A stretch of DNA of 64,000 bases, taken from a virus (lineage: Duplodnaviria > Heunggongvirae > Uroviricota > Caudoviricetes). The notes under the pieces are model-generated. The model saw nothing but the letters and a program-made list of their open reading frames with translations. It was not told the origin of the DNA and searched no databases. The translations under genes and the position numbers were made by a program. This document shows positions 5,370-13,892 of this stretch, in pieces. The stretch is taken from the IMG/VR virus record IMGVR_UViG_3300027126_000001; one strand, given 5' to 3'. Position 1 is the stretch's first letter. Each line of letters begins with the position of its first letter.

Positions 5370-5484
5370 TAGTCAGGACAGGACTCGAACCTGTTCGATT
5401 TCACCGTAGGACGTAACGAGCATGTTACTTTCCGAGTGTTACTACATCCCCTCACCTCTGCGTCTACCCATCCGCCACCTGACT
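5370..5484 (-). ncRNA. Leu-like tRNA mimic with the anticodon/variable region replaced by ~65 nt
   Basis: AGTCAGG/CCTGACT acceptor, TGGCGGATGGGTAGACGC D arm, ACAGG-TTCGAGT-CCTGT T arm; no canonical anticodon arm. Confidence 0.6.
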
Positions 5485-5645
5485 ATTTGCAATTATGGTT
5501 GATGAGACCTAACGAAGTAATATTGCCCTCCGAGCTCAGTTTCTATATCGGACAAACTGAATTTCAAAATACGCTCTTGCCTCACGCCCAAGAGTATGTC
5601 GTCATCTTTATGGTTAGATGAAACTGTCTGAGTAATCAACTCATT

Positions 5646-5733
5646 GGAATCGGTGAGGGATTCGAACCCTCATCCCGCTTAGAAGCGATGTTACCCTCTG
5701 TCGGTATTTATTCCCGATTACACCAACCGATTC
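5646..5733 (-). ncRNA. tRNA-like RNA with 8-bp acceptor and scrambled anticodon arm
   Basis: GAATCGGT/ACCGATTC; D stem GTGT/ATAC; GAGGG-TTCGAAT-CCCTC. Confidence 0.55.
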
Positions 5734-5857
5734 TTTTTTACCAACCTTGGTCTTTCAGGGTTTCTGATTGAGTGCAATAAGTGACGCCTTCCTACTGTAA
5801 ACCCTTGTTCGGAAATTAATACACTCTACCTCTCAATTAACAGCGAGCATTGGTAAA

Positions 5858-6034
5858 TTATTTTACTTTTACAGTATCTACTTTTACTGTGTCAGCTGAA
5901 GTTGAATCTACTTTTACTGAATCAACTACTACTGCTGTTGAGTCTATTGTTGATGTTTCTGCTGTGTTTACTTGGTTACAACTTGTAATTGCTAAACCTG
6001 CTACTAATGCTAATACTAAAAATTTTGTTTTCAT
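5858..6034 (-). CDS. 58-aa lipoprotein (absent from ORF track)
   Basis: MKTKFLVLALVAGLAITS-C lipobox; acidic tail with five D(S/T)(V/T) motifs; promoter at 6061-6091. Confidence 0.75.
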   Translation of the reverse strand: MKTKFLVLALVAGLAITSCNQVNTAETSTIDSTAVVVDSVKVDSTSADTVKVDTVKVK

Positions 6035-6060
6035 TTTCTATTTGTTAATTAATTTATGTT

Positions 6061-6091
6061 TAAATATACGAAATTTATTCCGTTTCAGCAA
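6061..6091 (-). promoter_or_regulatory. Bacteroidota-type promoter
   Basis: TTG-N20-TATATTTA. Confidence 0.75.
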
Positions 6092-6359
6092 CTAATTCAT
6101 AAGTTTTTTCAAAAATATCTGGTTTGCATGGATAAAATTCTCCTTGTACTCCTTTTATGATAAAGTCACCTGGAATGGCTGTCATAATTCCTTCTAATGT
6201 ATTGATTTGCCAGTAGCATCCTTTTGGGTTATTTTCTGATGGCTCTAACACAGGAGAAGCATAAACTTTTCCTTCTGACCATTTTTTAATTTCAAACTCA
6301 GTTTGTTCTGATATTTGAACTGCTTCAATTACAACTGGTTTCTTTCTATAAAGTGGCAT
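6075..6359 (-). CDS. Conserved phage protein (YRKKPVVIEAVQ / PGDFII family)
   Basis: YRKKPVVIEAVQ...TLEGIMTAIPGDFIIKGVQGEFYPCKPDIFEKTYE. Confidence 0.8.
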   Translation of the reverse strand: MPLYRKKPVVIEAVQISEQTEFEIKKWSEGKVYASPVLEPSENNPKGCYWQINTLEGIMTAIPGDFIIKGVQGEFYPCKPDIFEKTYELVAETE

Positions 6360-7296
6360 GATTTTCTAATACTTTTGTTACTTCTGTTACTACATGTTCC
6401 CATGTTACTGGTCCTGTTTCGTCTGCATAAGGAGCTGGGTCAGGTCTTCCTAATTTAATAAATGCTTCTACTCTTTCAACTGATGAAGCTGATTTATAGT
6501 CTGAGTACCATTCTCCTTCTTTAATTATTTCGAAAGTATGCTCATCATATTCTGCTCCAAGAAATAACGGCTTGTATGAAGTATTAGTTCTTGAATATAC
6601 TTCATCAAAATCTAAATACAATTCTTTACATAATACTTCTCCGTCTTGTAGAATAGTAAATTTATCTCCTTCCAAATAAGGTGTAAAATAGCCTACTCTT
6701 TCTGCTTCCCAATTTCCAATTCTAAAGGCTGCATCATCTGCATCTCTAAATTCTTGTCTACAGTCTGGATAAATAGCATGATCTCCACTGTGGATTCCCA
6801 TTGCAATATCACAAGTCTCTCCTGTACGATTTGCAACTGATAAAGCTACTGCTTGAGTAATAGAAGCAAATATTTTGTTTCTGTTAGGAACAACTGTTGC
6901 TTTCATATTATCTTCTGCATAATGACCTTCTGGTACTTCTTCACCTCCTGTTACTAAAGCTGAGTCTAATAAATCAACTAATCCATTTAATTGAATTTGA
7001 CGGTAGTTAATTGGATTAATCATTACTTCATTGAAAATTCTCTCTCTATCTCCAAATTCATCATCTCCATTCTTTTCTTGTAGAAAATCTTTAAGTGCTT
7101 GAGGTTGAACTACCAAAATATTATTAATATAATCTACTAATGATTGAGCTCTCTCTAGCTCTACTCTATGTTTTTGACCATAGTCAAATGAAATAGCTGT
7201 TACACTATCATACTCTTTTAGACATCTAAGTAACAAAGTACTTGAGTCCATCCCGCCGCTGGCGCTAACAACTACGTGTCGTTTTGCTTTTTGCAT
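6346..7296 (-). CDS. queC: 7-cyano-7-deazaguanine synthase QueC
   Basis: SGGMDSST PP-loop, FDYGQKH, VVPNRN, IHSGDHAIYPDCR. Confidence 0.92.
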   Translation of the reverse strand: MQKAKRHVVVSASGGMDSSTLLLRCLKEYDSVTAISFDYGQKHRVELERAQSLVDYINNILVVQPQALKDFLQEKNGDDEFGDRERIFNEVMINPINYRQIQLNGLVDLLDSALVTGGEEVPEGHYAEDNMKATVVPNRNKIFASITQAVALSVANRTGETCDIAMGIHSGDHAIYPDCRQEFRDADDAAFRIGNWEAERVGYFTPYLEGDKFTILQDGEVLCKELYLDFDEVYSRTNTSYKPLFLGAEYDEHTFEIIKEGEWYSDYKSASSVERVEAFIKLGRPDPAPYADETGPVTWEHVVTEVTKVLENHATL

Positions 7297-7355
7297 AAAA
7301 ATTATTTTATAACTGCTACAGTATGTTCTGGATAGTAGCTTAATCCTTTTTTAAT

Positions 7356-7877
7356 TTATGAATTTTGTTTGAATTTTCCAATAAATCTTCCATGAATTTT
7401 TTCATGACACGGAACACATACTGTTAATCCATTTTCAATATCAAATGCTTTCGAAAAATCCTCACTAAATGTAATAATATGATGAGCTTGTAGAAACCCT
7501 TTTGAACCACATTTTTGACATGTAAAATGATCTCTTTCAAATACTAATTTTCTCCATTCCAACAATCTTGGATCATTTCTCCTCTTTTGATTGGTATTTG
7601 TTATTCCACCTTTCCAGTTATTATTTGCTGGACCTGTTTGATTTCTCCCGTAAGCTGGATTTTCAGCACCTTTTTTAAATCTTGTTTTTTTATTAGCTTC
7701 AGAATCTTTCATAGATTTTGAAAGGTTCTTACAATGCTCCTCTGTCTTTTTTCTGCCTAATAAATTACTAGATATTAACTTACTTTTACATTCTTTACTA
7801 CAGGTTTTATAATTATCCCAATGCTGTGTCTCAAATACATTATCACATATCTGACAAGTCTTTTCTATCTTTGCCAT
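7356..7877 (-). CDS. HNH homing endonuclease with CxxC and NUMOD-like segments
   Basis: FERDHFTCQKCG...LQAHHI...NGLTVCVPCHEKIH; NNNWKGG. Confidence 0.85.
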   Translation of the reverse strand: MAKIEKTCQICDNVFETQHWDNYKTCSKECKSKLISSNLLGRKKTEEHCKNLSKSMKDSEANKKTRFKKGAENPAYGRNQTGPANNNWKGGITNTNQKRRNDPRLLEWRKLVFERDHFTCQKCGSKGFLQAHHIITFSEDFSKAFDIENGLTVCVPCHEKIHGRFIGKFKQNS

Positions 7878-7919
7878 AGCTTTTATTATAAATAGCTATT
7901 CCTCCAGAAAAACTTCCTA

Positions 7920-8165
7920 CTATAATTGATAACTTTGACGATCTCCTAAGGAAGGTTCTACTTCTGATTGTTGAGTTTTAAAGTACTCCTGTAAGAACTC
8001 TCTACGATATAGTAATACTTCTCCTTTGTATCGAGTATTGCTAATTTCTCTTCTACCTATTTTTTCATTTGCTTTACCAGCTGCTGTTGCTACTTGCTTC
8101 CCTAATTCACCTCCTGCTGCATAACCTAAGTAATCGTATAACGATATTAATCCTGTTTCTTCCAT
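7920..8165 (-). CDS. Hypothetical protein
   Basis: 81-aa ORF; promoter-like motif at 8184-8214. Confidence 0.7.
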   Translation of the reverse strand: MEETGLISLYDYLGYAAGGELGKQVATAAGKANEKIGRREISNTRYKGEVLLYRREFLQEYFKTQQSEVEPSLGDRQSYQL

Positions 8166-8296
8166 ATTGAATTTATTTTATATTTAATGTACGAAATACT
8201 TCCTCCTACTGCAACAAAAAATGCAGAAATATTTAACAGACTTGGATGCCAGTGGTCACCGCAAATCCCTAGTGCGTGTCTTAATGCTTCTCCCAT
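8147..8296 (-). CDS. 49-aa membrane peptide (absent from ORF track)
   Basis: MGEALRHALGICGDHWHPSLLNISAFFVAVGGSISYIKYKINSIWKKQD; starts right after the upstream stop. Confidence 0.6.
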   Translation of the reverse strand: MGEALRHALGICGDHWHPSLLNISAFFVAVGGSISYIKYKINSIWKKQD

Positions 8297-8298
8297 TT

Positions 8299-8610
8299 TT
8301 ATGCATCAATTGTAGTCATTGTTTTCATTTTCTCCTGCACTTCGTTCCAAGTATTTATATACTCTTTAATTGATGTAAAGTGTTTTTTACTATCTACATT
8401 TAGTAGTTCTCTTGAAATAACTTTTAAGGCAAAATTAAAAGTGGAGGGATAGCATACTGTTCTTAAGTACGGTTTATCGTCCTTACCTCTATTTACCCGT
8501 TCGTAGATTGTATATCCTCCGCTACTTGATTTTGTAATGAAAAATGGTTCCATAATCGGATCTTCGATGAGTGTATCATCTGCTGGTATTGAGTCTGGGT
8601 TTCGTAACAT
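8299..8610 (-). CDS. Hypothetical protein
   Basis: 103-aa ORF in operon. Confidence 0.75.
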   Translation of the reverse strand: MLRNPDSIPADDTLIEDPIMEPFFITKSSSGGYTIYERVNRGKDDKPYLRTVCYPSTFNFALKVISRELLNVDSKKHFTSIKEYINTWNEVQEKMKTMTTIDA

Positions 8611-8616
8611 TTGTTT

Positions 8617-8880
8617 TTATTTTAAGATTAATTCTTTTAATTGCTCTTCTGAAAGTCTTCCTGGTTGAGCTTTAATTTCTTTTCCATCTTCAAGAACAAC
8701 TGTGTGAGGAATTCCTCTCACTTTATACTGTCCTGATAGGTTATCCGGATCTTCTTCGACATTAATTTCTAAGAATTCAATGTCTCCCTGTAATTCTTCC
8801 CTTACTTTTGTGAAGGTTGGTCCATATATTCTACATGGTCCGCACCAGTTTGCATAAAATTTAATTACCTGCTTTGCCAT
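8617..8880 (-). CDS. Thioredoxin
   Basis: FYANWCGPC; YKVRGIP. Confidence 0.92.
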   Translation of the reverse strand: MAKQVIKFYANWCGPCRIYGPTFTKVREELQGDIEFLEINVEEDPDNLSGQYKVRGIPHTVVLEDGKEIKAQPGRLSEEQLKELILK

Positions 8881-9019
8881 ATGCTCCTTTTGATTTGTAG
8901 TGATCAGCTTTGCTGAATTTGCTTTGTGACTGTTCTTTCTTAGGTAATACTGTTCTTCCTAAGGTTGGAATCCATTCCATTAATTGAGTGTACATACTCC
9001 TTGCTGAATTTTTAGACAT
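8861..9019 (-). CDS. 52-aa basic peptide (absent from ORF track)
   Basis: MSKNSARSMYTQLMEWIPTLGR...KGAYGKAGN; follows promoter at 9042-9072. Confidence 0.55.
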   Translation of the reverse strand: MSKNSARSMYTQLMEWIPTLGRTVLPKKEQSQSKFSKADHYKSKGAYGKAGN

Positions 9020-9037
9020 ATCCTTTATTTTTGATTA

Positions 9038-9250
9038 TTATTTAATATACGAAACTTCTTTAAGAAATCCAAACTTTATTTGATTATTTATTCGATTTGT
9101 TAGTGTGTTAAAATCTCCTATCTCCACCAAGTACTTGAATTGCTGTAATTGGAAAGCAGCAGACTCTGCTAAACATGTCTCTGCCCACTGATCTGTAAAT
9201 TCATAAGTCTTTGCCTTATATTTAAACGTAAGTGTTTTAGTCCCTTTCAT
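9038..9250 (-). CDS. Hypothetical protein
   Basis: 70-aa ORF directly after promoter at 9256-9286. Confidence 0.7.
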   Translation of the reverse strand: MKGTKTLTFKYKAKTYEFTDQWAETCLAESAAFQLQQFKYLVEIGDFNTLTNRINNQIKFGFLKEVSYIK

Positions 9251-9255
9251 ATAAT

Positions 9256-9298
9256 GTAATATATGAAAAAAAGCTTACCGAAGCAAGCTTTTTTTTAA
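9256..9298 (-). promoter_or_regulatory. Overlapping terminator and promoter
   Basis: AAGCTTGC-TTCG-GTAAGCTT hairpin plus T run containing TTG-N20-TATATTAC. Confidence 0.75.
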
Positions 9299-9754
9299 CT
9301 ATTTTTCATATACTTCAGCTTTATTTGAATCTACAGCAATTTCGTGAAAAACTACTCGCCCTTGTTCAATTGCCTTTTTTATATTCTTCTGTTTTGTAGA
9401 TAGGGAAGAACTTCCACTTTTTACTTCAATAAAGTGTACTTCACATTTTGTTTTGCTGTCTGTGTGAGTGAATCCCACATAGTCAATTGGCATTCCGATA
9501 AACACCACATCTTCAGGTGGTAGTGGAAATTTTGTCATGAAAGGAACAAAATGTTCTATGCTCTTTCCCCAATTTACTGCTGAAGATCTGAATGTTGAGT
9601 CTTTCCTTACTTTTGCTTTTTCGATAATGTGAGCAGCTGCCGTTTCTTCAATTTGTTTTTTTAGTTGTGTTACCTCATGCACATATTCTCTTAGTTTTAC
9701 AGTTAGTAAAAAAATTACGCTTGCTAGAAATAGTGAAATAATTAATAGTGTCAT
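9299..9754 (-). CDS. Holliday junction resolvase-like PD-(D/E)xK endonuclease with N-terminal membrane anchor
   Basis: GKSIEHFVPF...FIGMPIDYVGF...FIEVKSGSSSLSTKQKNIKKAIEQG. Confidence 0.8.
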   Translation of the reverse strand: MTLLIISLFLASVIFLLTVKLREYVHEVTQLKKQIEETAAAHIIEKAKVRKDSTFRSSAVNWGKSIEHFVPFMTKFPLPPEDVVFIGMPIDYVGFTHTDSKTKCEVHFIEVKSGSSSLSTKQKNIKKAIEQGRVVFHEIAVDSNKAEVYEK

Positions 9755-9767
9755 ATTTTTAATTTTT

Positions 9768-11477
9768 TTATCCGTCACAGCTTAAACAGTCTTCAGAAGT
9801 TCTACTTCCAATGTCCCCATTTATGACAGAATCCGTTCGTAAATAATATAACGTTTTTAATCCAAGTTTCCAAGCTGTCTGGTGAACAAGGTTTATGAAT
9901 TTAGGACTATCACTTGGATCGAATGCTAAGTTTAGTGATTGAGCTTGATCTACGTATTTCTGTCTTACTGAAGCCTGTTCTACTAAAGCCAATTGGTTTA
10001 TTTCTGCAAATGTTAAGAATACTTCCTTATCGTCAAACGGCATAATGTCTTCCGGTAGATTTGCAATTGATCCTCTATCTTTAAGAATCTGTTGCCATAC
10101 TTCTTCTGAGTTATGTCCTTTGTCTTCTAAATACTTTTCTAATACTGGGTTCTTTCTAATGAAAGTTCCTTTAGAAGAATTAAATGTATAGACATTTGCT
10201 GGGATTGGTTCAATACCTGCTGATACTCCTCCTGAGATTGTTGAGTTAGAAACTGTTGGAGCAATTGCAATTAAATGCGTATTTCTCATTCCTGTTCCTT
10301 TACACCAGATTGGCTCCCCATACTCTTCAGCTAATTTTCTAGAAGCTGCTTCTGCTTGTGTTTTAATTTGAGAGAAAATTCTATTTGTCCAAGAAGTAGA
10401 TGCAATTGAATTAAATGGCAATCCTTTTGCTTGTAAGAATGAATGCCATCCTAAAACTCCTAACCCTAATGCTCTTCCTTTCTTAGCTGATCTATGTGCT
10501 CTAATTAAAGAATCTTTACCATTTGTTTTAACTAAGAACTCTTCTAATACTCCATCTAAGAAATAGATTGCTGTTTCAACTAAATCAGTATCTTTCCACT
10601 CATCGTATTTTGTAATATTCAAAGAAGATAAACAACAAACAAATGAATGCTCTTCATCAGTATGTAATGCAATCTCTGAACAAATGTTTGTCATTGTTAC
10701 ATCTAAATTATTCTTAACGTATGCTGGTGGATTAGCGTTGTTAACATTATCCTTAAACATAATATAAGGTTCTCCTGTTTCAACTCTTGATTTTAAAATC
10801 TCAACCCATAGTTCCATTGCTTCTGGATCTCTATGTTCTAACCTCTGCATAAATTTATCATCAATAGAAACACATTGGTGTAAATTTAAACACTGACGGT
10901 TTGGATCTCCTTGAGGTCTTCTAATACGTAAAAACTCTTTTATATCTTCGTGATTGATATCTAAGTTTACAGAAGCTGCTCCTCTACGAACTGATCCTTG
11001 ATTTGTAGCAATGATAGTTGAATCATAGATTTTAGCCCAAGGCACAATTCCTTCTGAGTTACCGGTATCGCCATTTGCGATCTTTTTCCCTCTTCCTCTA
11101 ACTCTGTTTAACCCTATACCAACTCCTCCTCCTAAAGAGGTAAGTCTCATTAGTTCTGCATTAGTTAACCCTATCCCTCTGATTGAATCAGGAGTATCTA
11201 TACCGAAACATGAGATTGGTAATCCTTTATCAGTTCCAGTGTTTGATAATACAGGTGAAGCTAGGTTTAACCAACCCTTCCACATATACTTAAAAAATTT
11301 GTTTGCTAGATCAGGTCGATCTAATCTCTTAGCTACTGCATCAGCAACTCTTCTGTAAGCTTTCTTTGGATTCTCATCGGGCAATAAATATCCGTTTGAA
11401 ATTGTTGCCAAAGATACTTCATTCATCCATTCCGGATAATCTACACCTGGTTTCCAGGCACTGTAATCTACTCCCAT
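9768..11477 (-). CDS. nrdA: Ribonucleotide reductase class Ia alpha subunit (no ATP cone)
   Basis: ISCF, TNICSEI, APTVSNS, DQAQSLNL, KTLYYLR, C-terminal CLSCDG. Confidence 0.95.
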   Translation of the reverse strand: MGVDYSAWKPGVDYPEWMNEVSLATISNGYLLPDENPKKAYRRVADAVAKRLDRPDLANKFFKYMWKGWLNLASPVLSNTGTDKGLPISCFGIDTPDSIRGIGLTNAELMRLTSLGGGVGIGLNRVRGRGKKIANGDTGNSEGIVPWAKIYDSTIIATNQGSVRRGAASVNLDINHEDIKEFLRIRRPQGDPNRQCLNLHQCVSIDDKFMQRLEHRDPEAMELWVEILKSRVETGEPYIMFKDNVNNANPPAYVKNNLDVTMTNICSEIALHTDEEHSFVCCLSSLNITKYDEWKDTDLVETAIYFLDGVLEEFLVKTNGKDSLIRAHRSAKKGRALGLGVLGWHSFLQAKGLPFNSIASTSWTNRIFSQIKTQAEAASRKLAEEYGEPIWCKGTGMRNTHLIAIAPTVSNSTISGGVSAGIEPIPANVYTFNSSKGTFIRKNPVLEKYLEDKGHNSEEVWQQILKDRGSIANLPEDIMPFDDKEVFLTFAEINQLALVEQASVRQKYVDQAQSLNLAFDPSDSPKFINLVHQTAWKLGLKTLYYLRTDSVINGDIGSRTSEDCLSCDG

Positions 11478-11486
11478 AAAATTAAA

Positions 11487-12464
11487 TTAAAATGCGTTGT
11501 CCCAATCCATATGCCCTTTGGCATAATTTGTTACTCTATTTGCGAAAAAATCTGTATGCTGTTTTCCTGCTACTACAGCATCAAACCACAACATTTGCTT
11601 TAAAGCTCCTTTATCAATTTGATCTGAAGGTATTAGAGGTTTTAGTCCTAAATCTCCCATCTTAGTATTTACTCTGTGTTTGATAAAGTTTTTTAATTCC
11701 TCTTTAGATAAGTTCTCTAAATCTCCCATTTCAAATACTTTATCAATAAAATTGAATTCTAATTCTAGAGCAAGGGTTGCTGCTTGCCTAATATCGTTGA
11801 TAAGTCTTTCTGTCTTTAGTTCTGGATACTCTTCCATTAAGGTTCTGAATAACCAGCATCCTGCCTCAGAGTGAAGTGATTCATCTCTCACAGACCACTC
11901 TACGATTTGTCCTACTCCTTTTAATTTGTTTCTCATTTTAAATGATAACAATACTGCAAAAGAAGAGAATAGGTTTACTCCTTCGGTAAATGCTGAGAAT
12001 ATTGCTAGTGATCTAGCTGCTTCATGCCAGTCTGTTTCTCCTGCATTTCCGTCTCTAACATCCATTAGAGATTGAATTTTAGCTGCAGTTGATTCGTCTT
12101 CCAAGAATTCTGCGAAATTATCCAAACCTAATTGCTCGTTTAATAGAGCGTATGCTTCAGCATGGATTGTTTCAAAGGCTCCAAAGGTAGTCGCCATCAT
12201 AATAACTTCAGGTTTTCTAAACCATTTTGTTACTAAAGATGTCCAGTAATCATTTACTACTGTTTCTGTTTGTGCAAACCCTTTTAGAATTCCTCCTATA
12301 AGGTTTTTTTCGTGCGGTTTAAGATTCGAATTCCAGTCTGATACGTCTTGTGACATTGGGACTTCTGTATGTAACCAGTGTGCTTGGTGGGCTTTTAACC
12401 AGTAATCGTGAGCTTGTGGATACTCAAATGGCTTGTAAACTATGCGTTCGTCTTTTAGACTCAT
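11487..12464 (-). CDS. nrdB: Ribonucleotide reductase beta subunit
   Basis: ETIHAEAY, FTEGVNLFSSF, RDESLH. Confidence 0.95.
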   Translation of the reverse strand: MSLKDERIVYKPFEYPQAHDYWLKAHQAHWLHTEVPMSQDVSDWNSNLKPHEKNLIGGILKGFAQTETVVNDYWTSLVTKWFRKPEVIMMATTFGAFETIHAEAYALLNEQLGLDNFAEFLEDESTAAKIQSLMDVRDGNAGETDWHEAARSLAIFSAFTEGVNLFSSFAVLLSFKMRNKLKGVGQIVEWSVRDESLHSEAGCWLFRTLMEEYPELKTERLINDIRQAATLALELEFNFIDKVFEMGDLENLSKEELKNFIKHRVNTKMGDLGLKPLIPSDQIDKGALKQMLWFDAVVAGKQHTDFFANRVTNYAKGHMDWDNAF

Positions 12465-12519
12465 GTTCGCTTTTTTTTTAAAATGGTTATAGATTATGAC
12501 TGTAGAAATAAATAGGCTT

Positions 12520-13872
12520 TTAGACTGGAATTTGAGATTCTAATTCAAAGAACTTATTAGCAATATCTTTGTAACTCCCTCTCTGTTTATCCCCTGATTC
12601 GTCTATCAACATGTTACCTAAAATTTCTATATGTCCGTTATTTGTATCAACTTTTGCATCCCAAGTCATACCGTCCATTCCGTATCTATTCTTCATAACG
12701 TGAATTCTTCCCGTTCCTAAAACCTTATCTTCTTTCATTCTTGATAAAGATAAACAAACGTCTGCTACCATCATCTTATCGTAAGAACCTGCTGCTTTAT
12801 CACCTTCAATAACTGAATCCTTAGCACCCATTCTATTAACTTGAGATGGTGTTAGAATAGGAATTTGTAGTTCCTTAGCTAATCCCTTTGTTGCAATAAA
12901 TACATCATCAATTTCATCTTTTCTCTCTGTGAAACGAGATTTCGAAGGTGCTTTTAAATAATCGACATAGTCAATAACAATCATATCTGGTTTATGATCC
13001 ATATCAATACATTTCTGGATATGAGATTTAATTGTGTTAATTGAAGCTCCTTTTGGAGGATACTCTTTTACAATAAGTTTTCCTTTTAGTTTACCTACAA
13101 TCTTCTCAACTTCTCCTCTATGTTTATTTACTTCTTCAATTCCATATCCTGTAAAGTAACAGTCAAAACGTTTTCCTACATAATCCTCTCCAAGCTCTAA
13201 AGTATAGTAATTTACATTGTAGCCCAGTAGTACTGCATGTGCTGCTGCTGCAACCATTGTCCAAGACTTTCCTCCTCCGGGATTACCGAACATAATAACT
13301 AAATCTCCAGGTCCAAATCCTCCTCCAATAGTTTCATTCATAATCGGCCAAGGTGTTGGAATAGTTGGTCTGTAGTTTTCTCTATAACGACTCTCTACAT
13401 CTTTGTTGTACTCATGCCCCATATTTTTATCCATACCAGCTCTCATAGCTCTTTCAATCAATCCTCTAATACCGTCAAAGTCTCCTTGGTTTAAAAGGTC
13501 TGCTGAGTTTAGTAATGCTGCTTTAAGTTCTTGGTTTTTTGCAAATGTAGTAAATTCTTCTACAACGTATGCTAAATCTTCCTGAGTTGCTTCGTAACAG
13601 TTTCTTAATTCAGATTTAACTGCTACTTGTAGTATATCATTTTCTACTTTCTGTAATTCAATTTTTAATGCTTCTAATGAAATTGTAGTATGGTACTTAT
13701 CATAATACTTAATAGTAGTTTCTAGAATCCATTTATGTGCATCTGAGTCGAAGTAGTCCGGTCTTAGTAAGTCTCTTGTGTTAAGTAAGAATTTCTTATC
13801 CGTTAATAATGCCCCTAATACCTTTAATTGGAATCCTTTCCCGTAGGAAGATAGTTTTGCTAATGATGTCAT
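12520..13872 (-). CDS. Replicative DnaB/gp41-like helicase
   Basis: GNPGGGKS Walker A, LELGE, IDYVD, SQVNR, KNRYG. Confidence 0.9.
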   Translation of the reverse strand: MTSLAKLSSYGKGFQLKVLGALLTDKKFLLNTRDLLRPDYFDSDAHKWILETTIKYYDKYHTTISLEALKIELQKVENDILQVAVKSELRNCYEATQEDLAYVVEEFTTFAKNQELKAALLNSADLLNQGDFDGIRGLIERAMRAGMDKNMGHEYNKDVESRYRENYRPTIPTPWPIMNETIGGGFGPGDLVIMFGNPGGGKSWTMVAAAAHAVLLGYNVNYYTLELGEDYVGKRFDCYFTGYGIEEVNKHRGEVEKIVGKLKGKLIVKEYPPKGASINTIKSHIQKCIDMDHKPDMIVIDYVDYLKAPSKSRFTERKDEIDDVFIATKGLAKELQIPILTPSQVNRMGAKDSVIEGDKAAGSYDKMMVADVCLSLSRMKEDKVLGTGRIHVMKNRYGMDGMTWDAKVDTNNGHIEILGNMLIDESGDKQRGSYKDIANKFFELESQIPV

Positions 13873-13892
13873 ACAACTTATTTTATTATAAC

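Noticed and set aside
5665-5680. Amber suppressor (CTA in TTCTAA loop) and alternative genetic code
   Set aside because: Loop geometry is wrong and the standard code gives full-length genes, some ending in TAG
8225-8285. Apparent pseudoknotted RNA (GGAT/ATCC, CGCA/TGCG)
   Set aside because: Better explained as the coding sequence of the 49-aa peptide at 8147-8296
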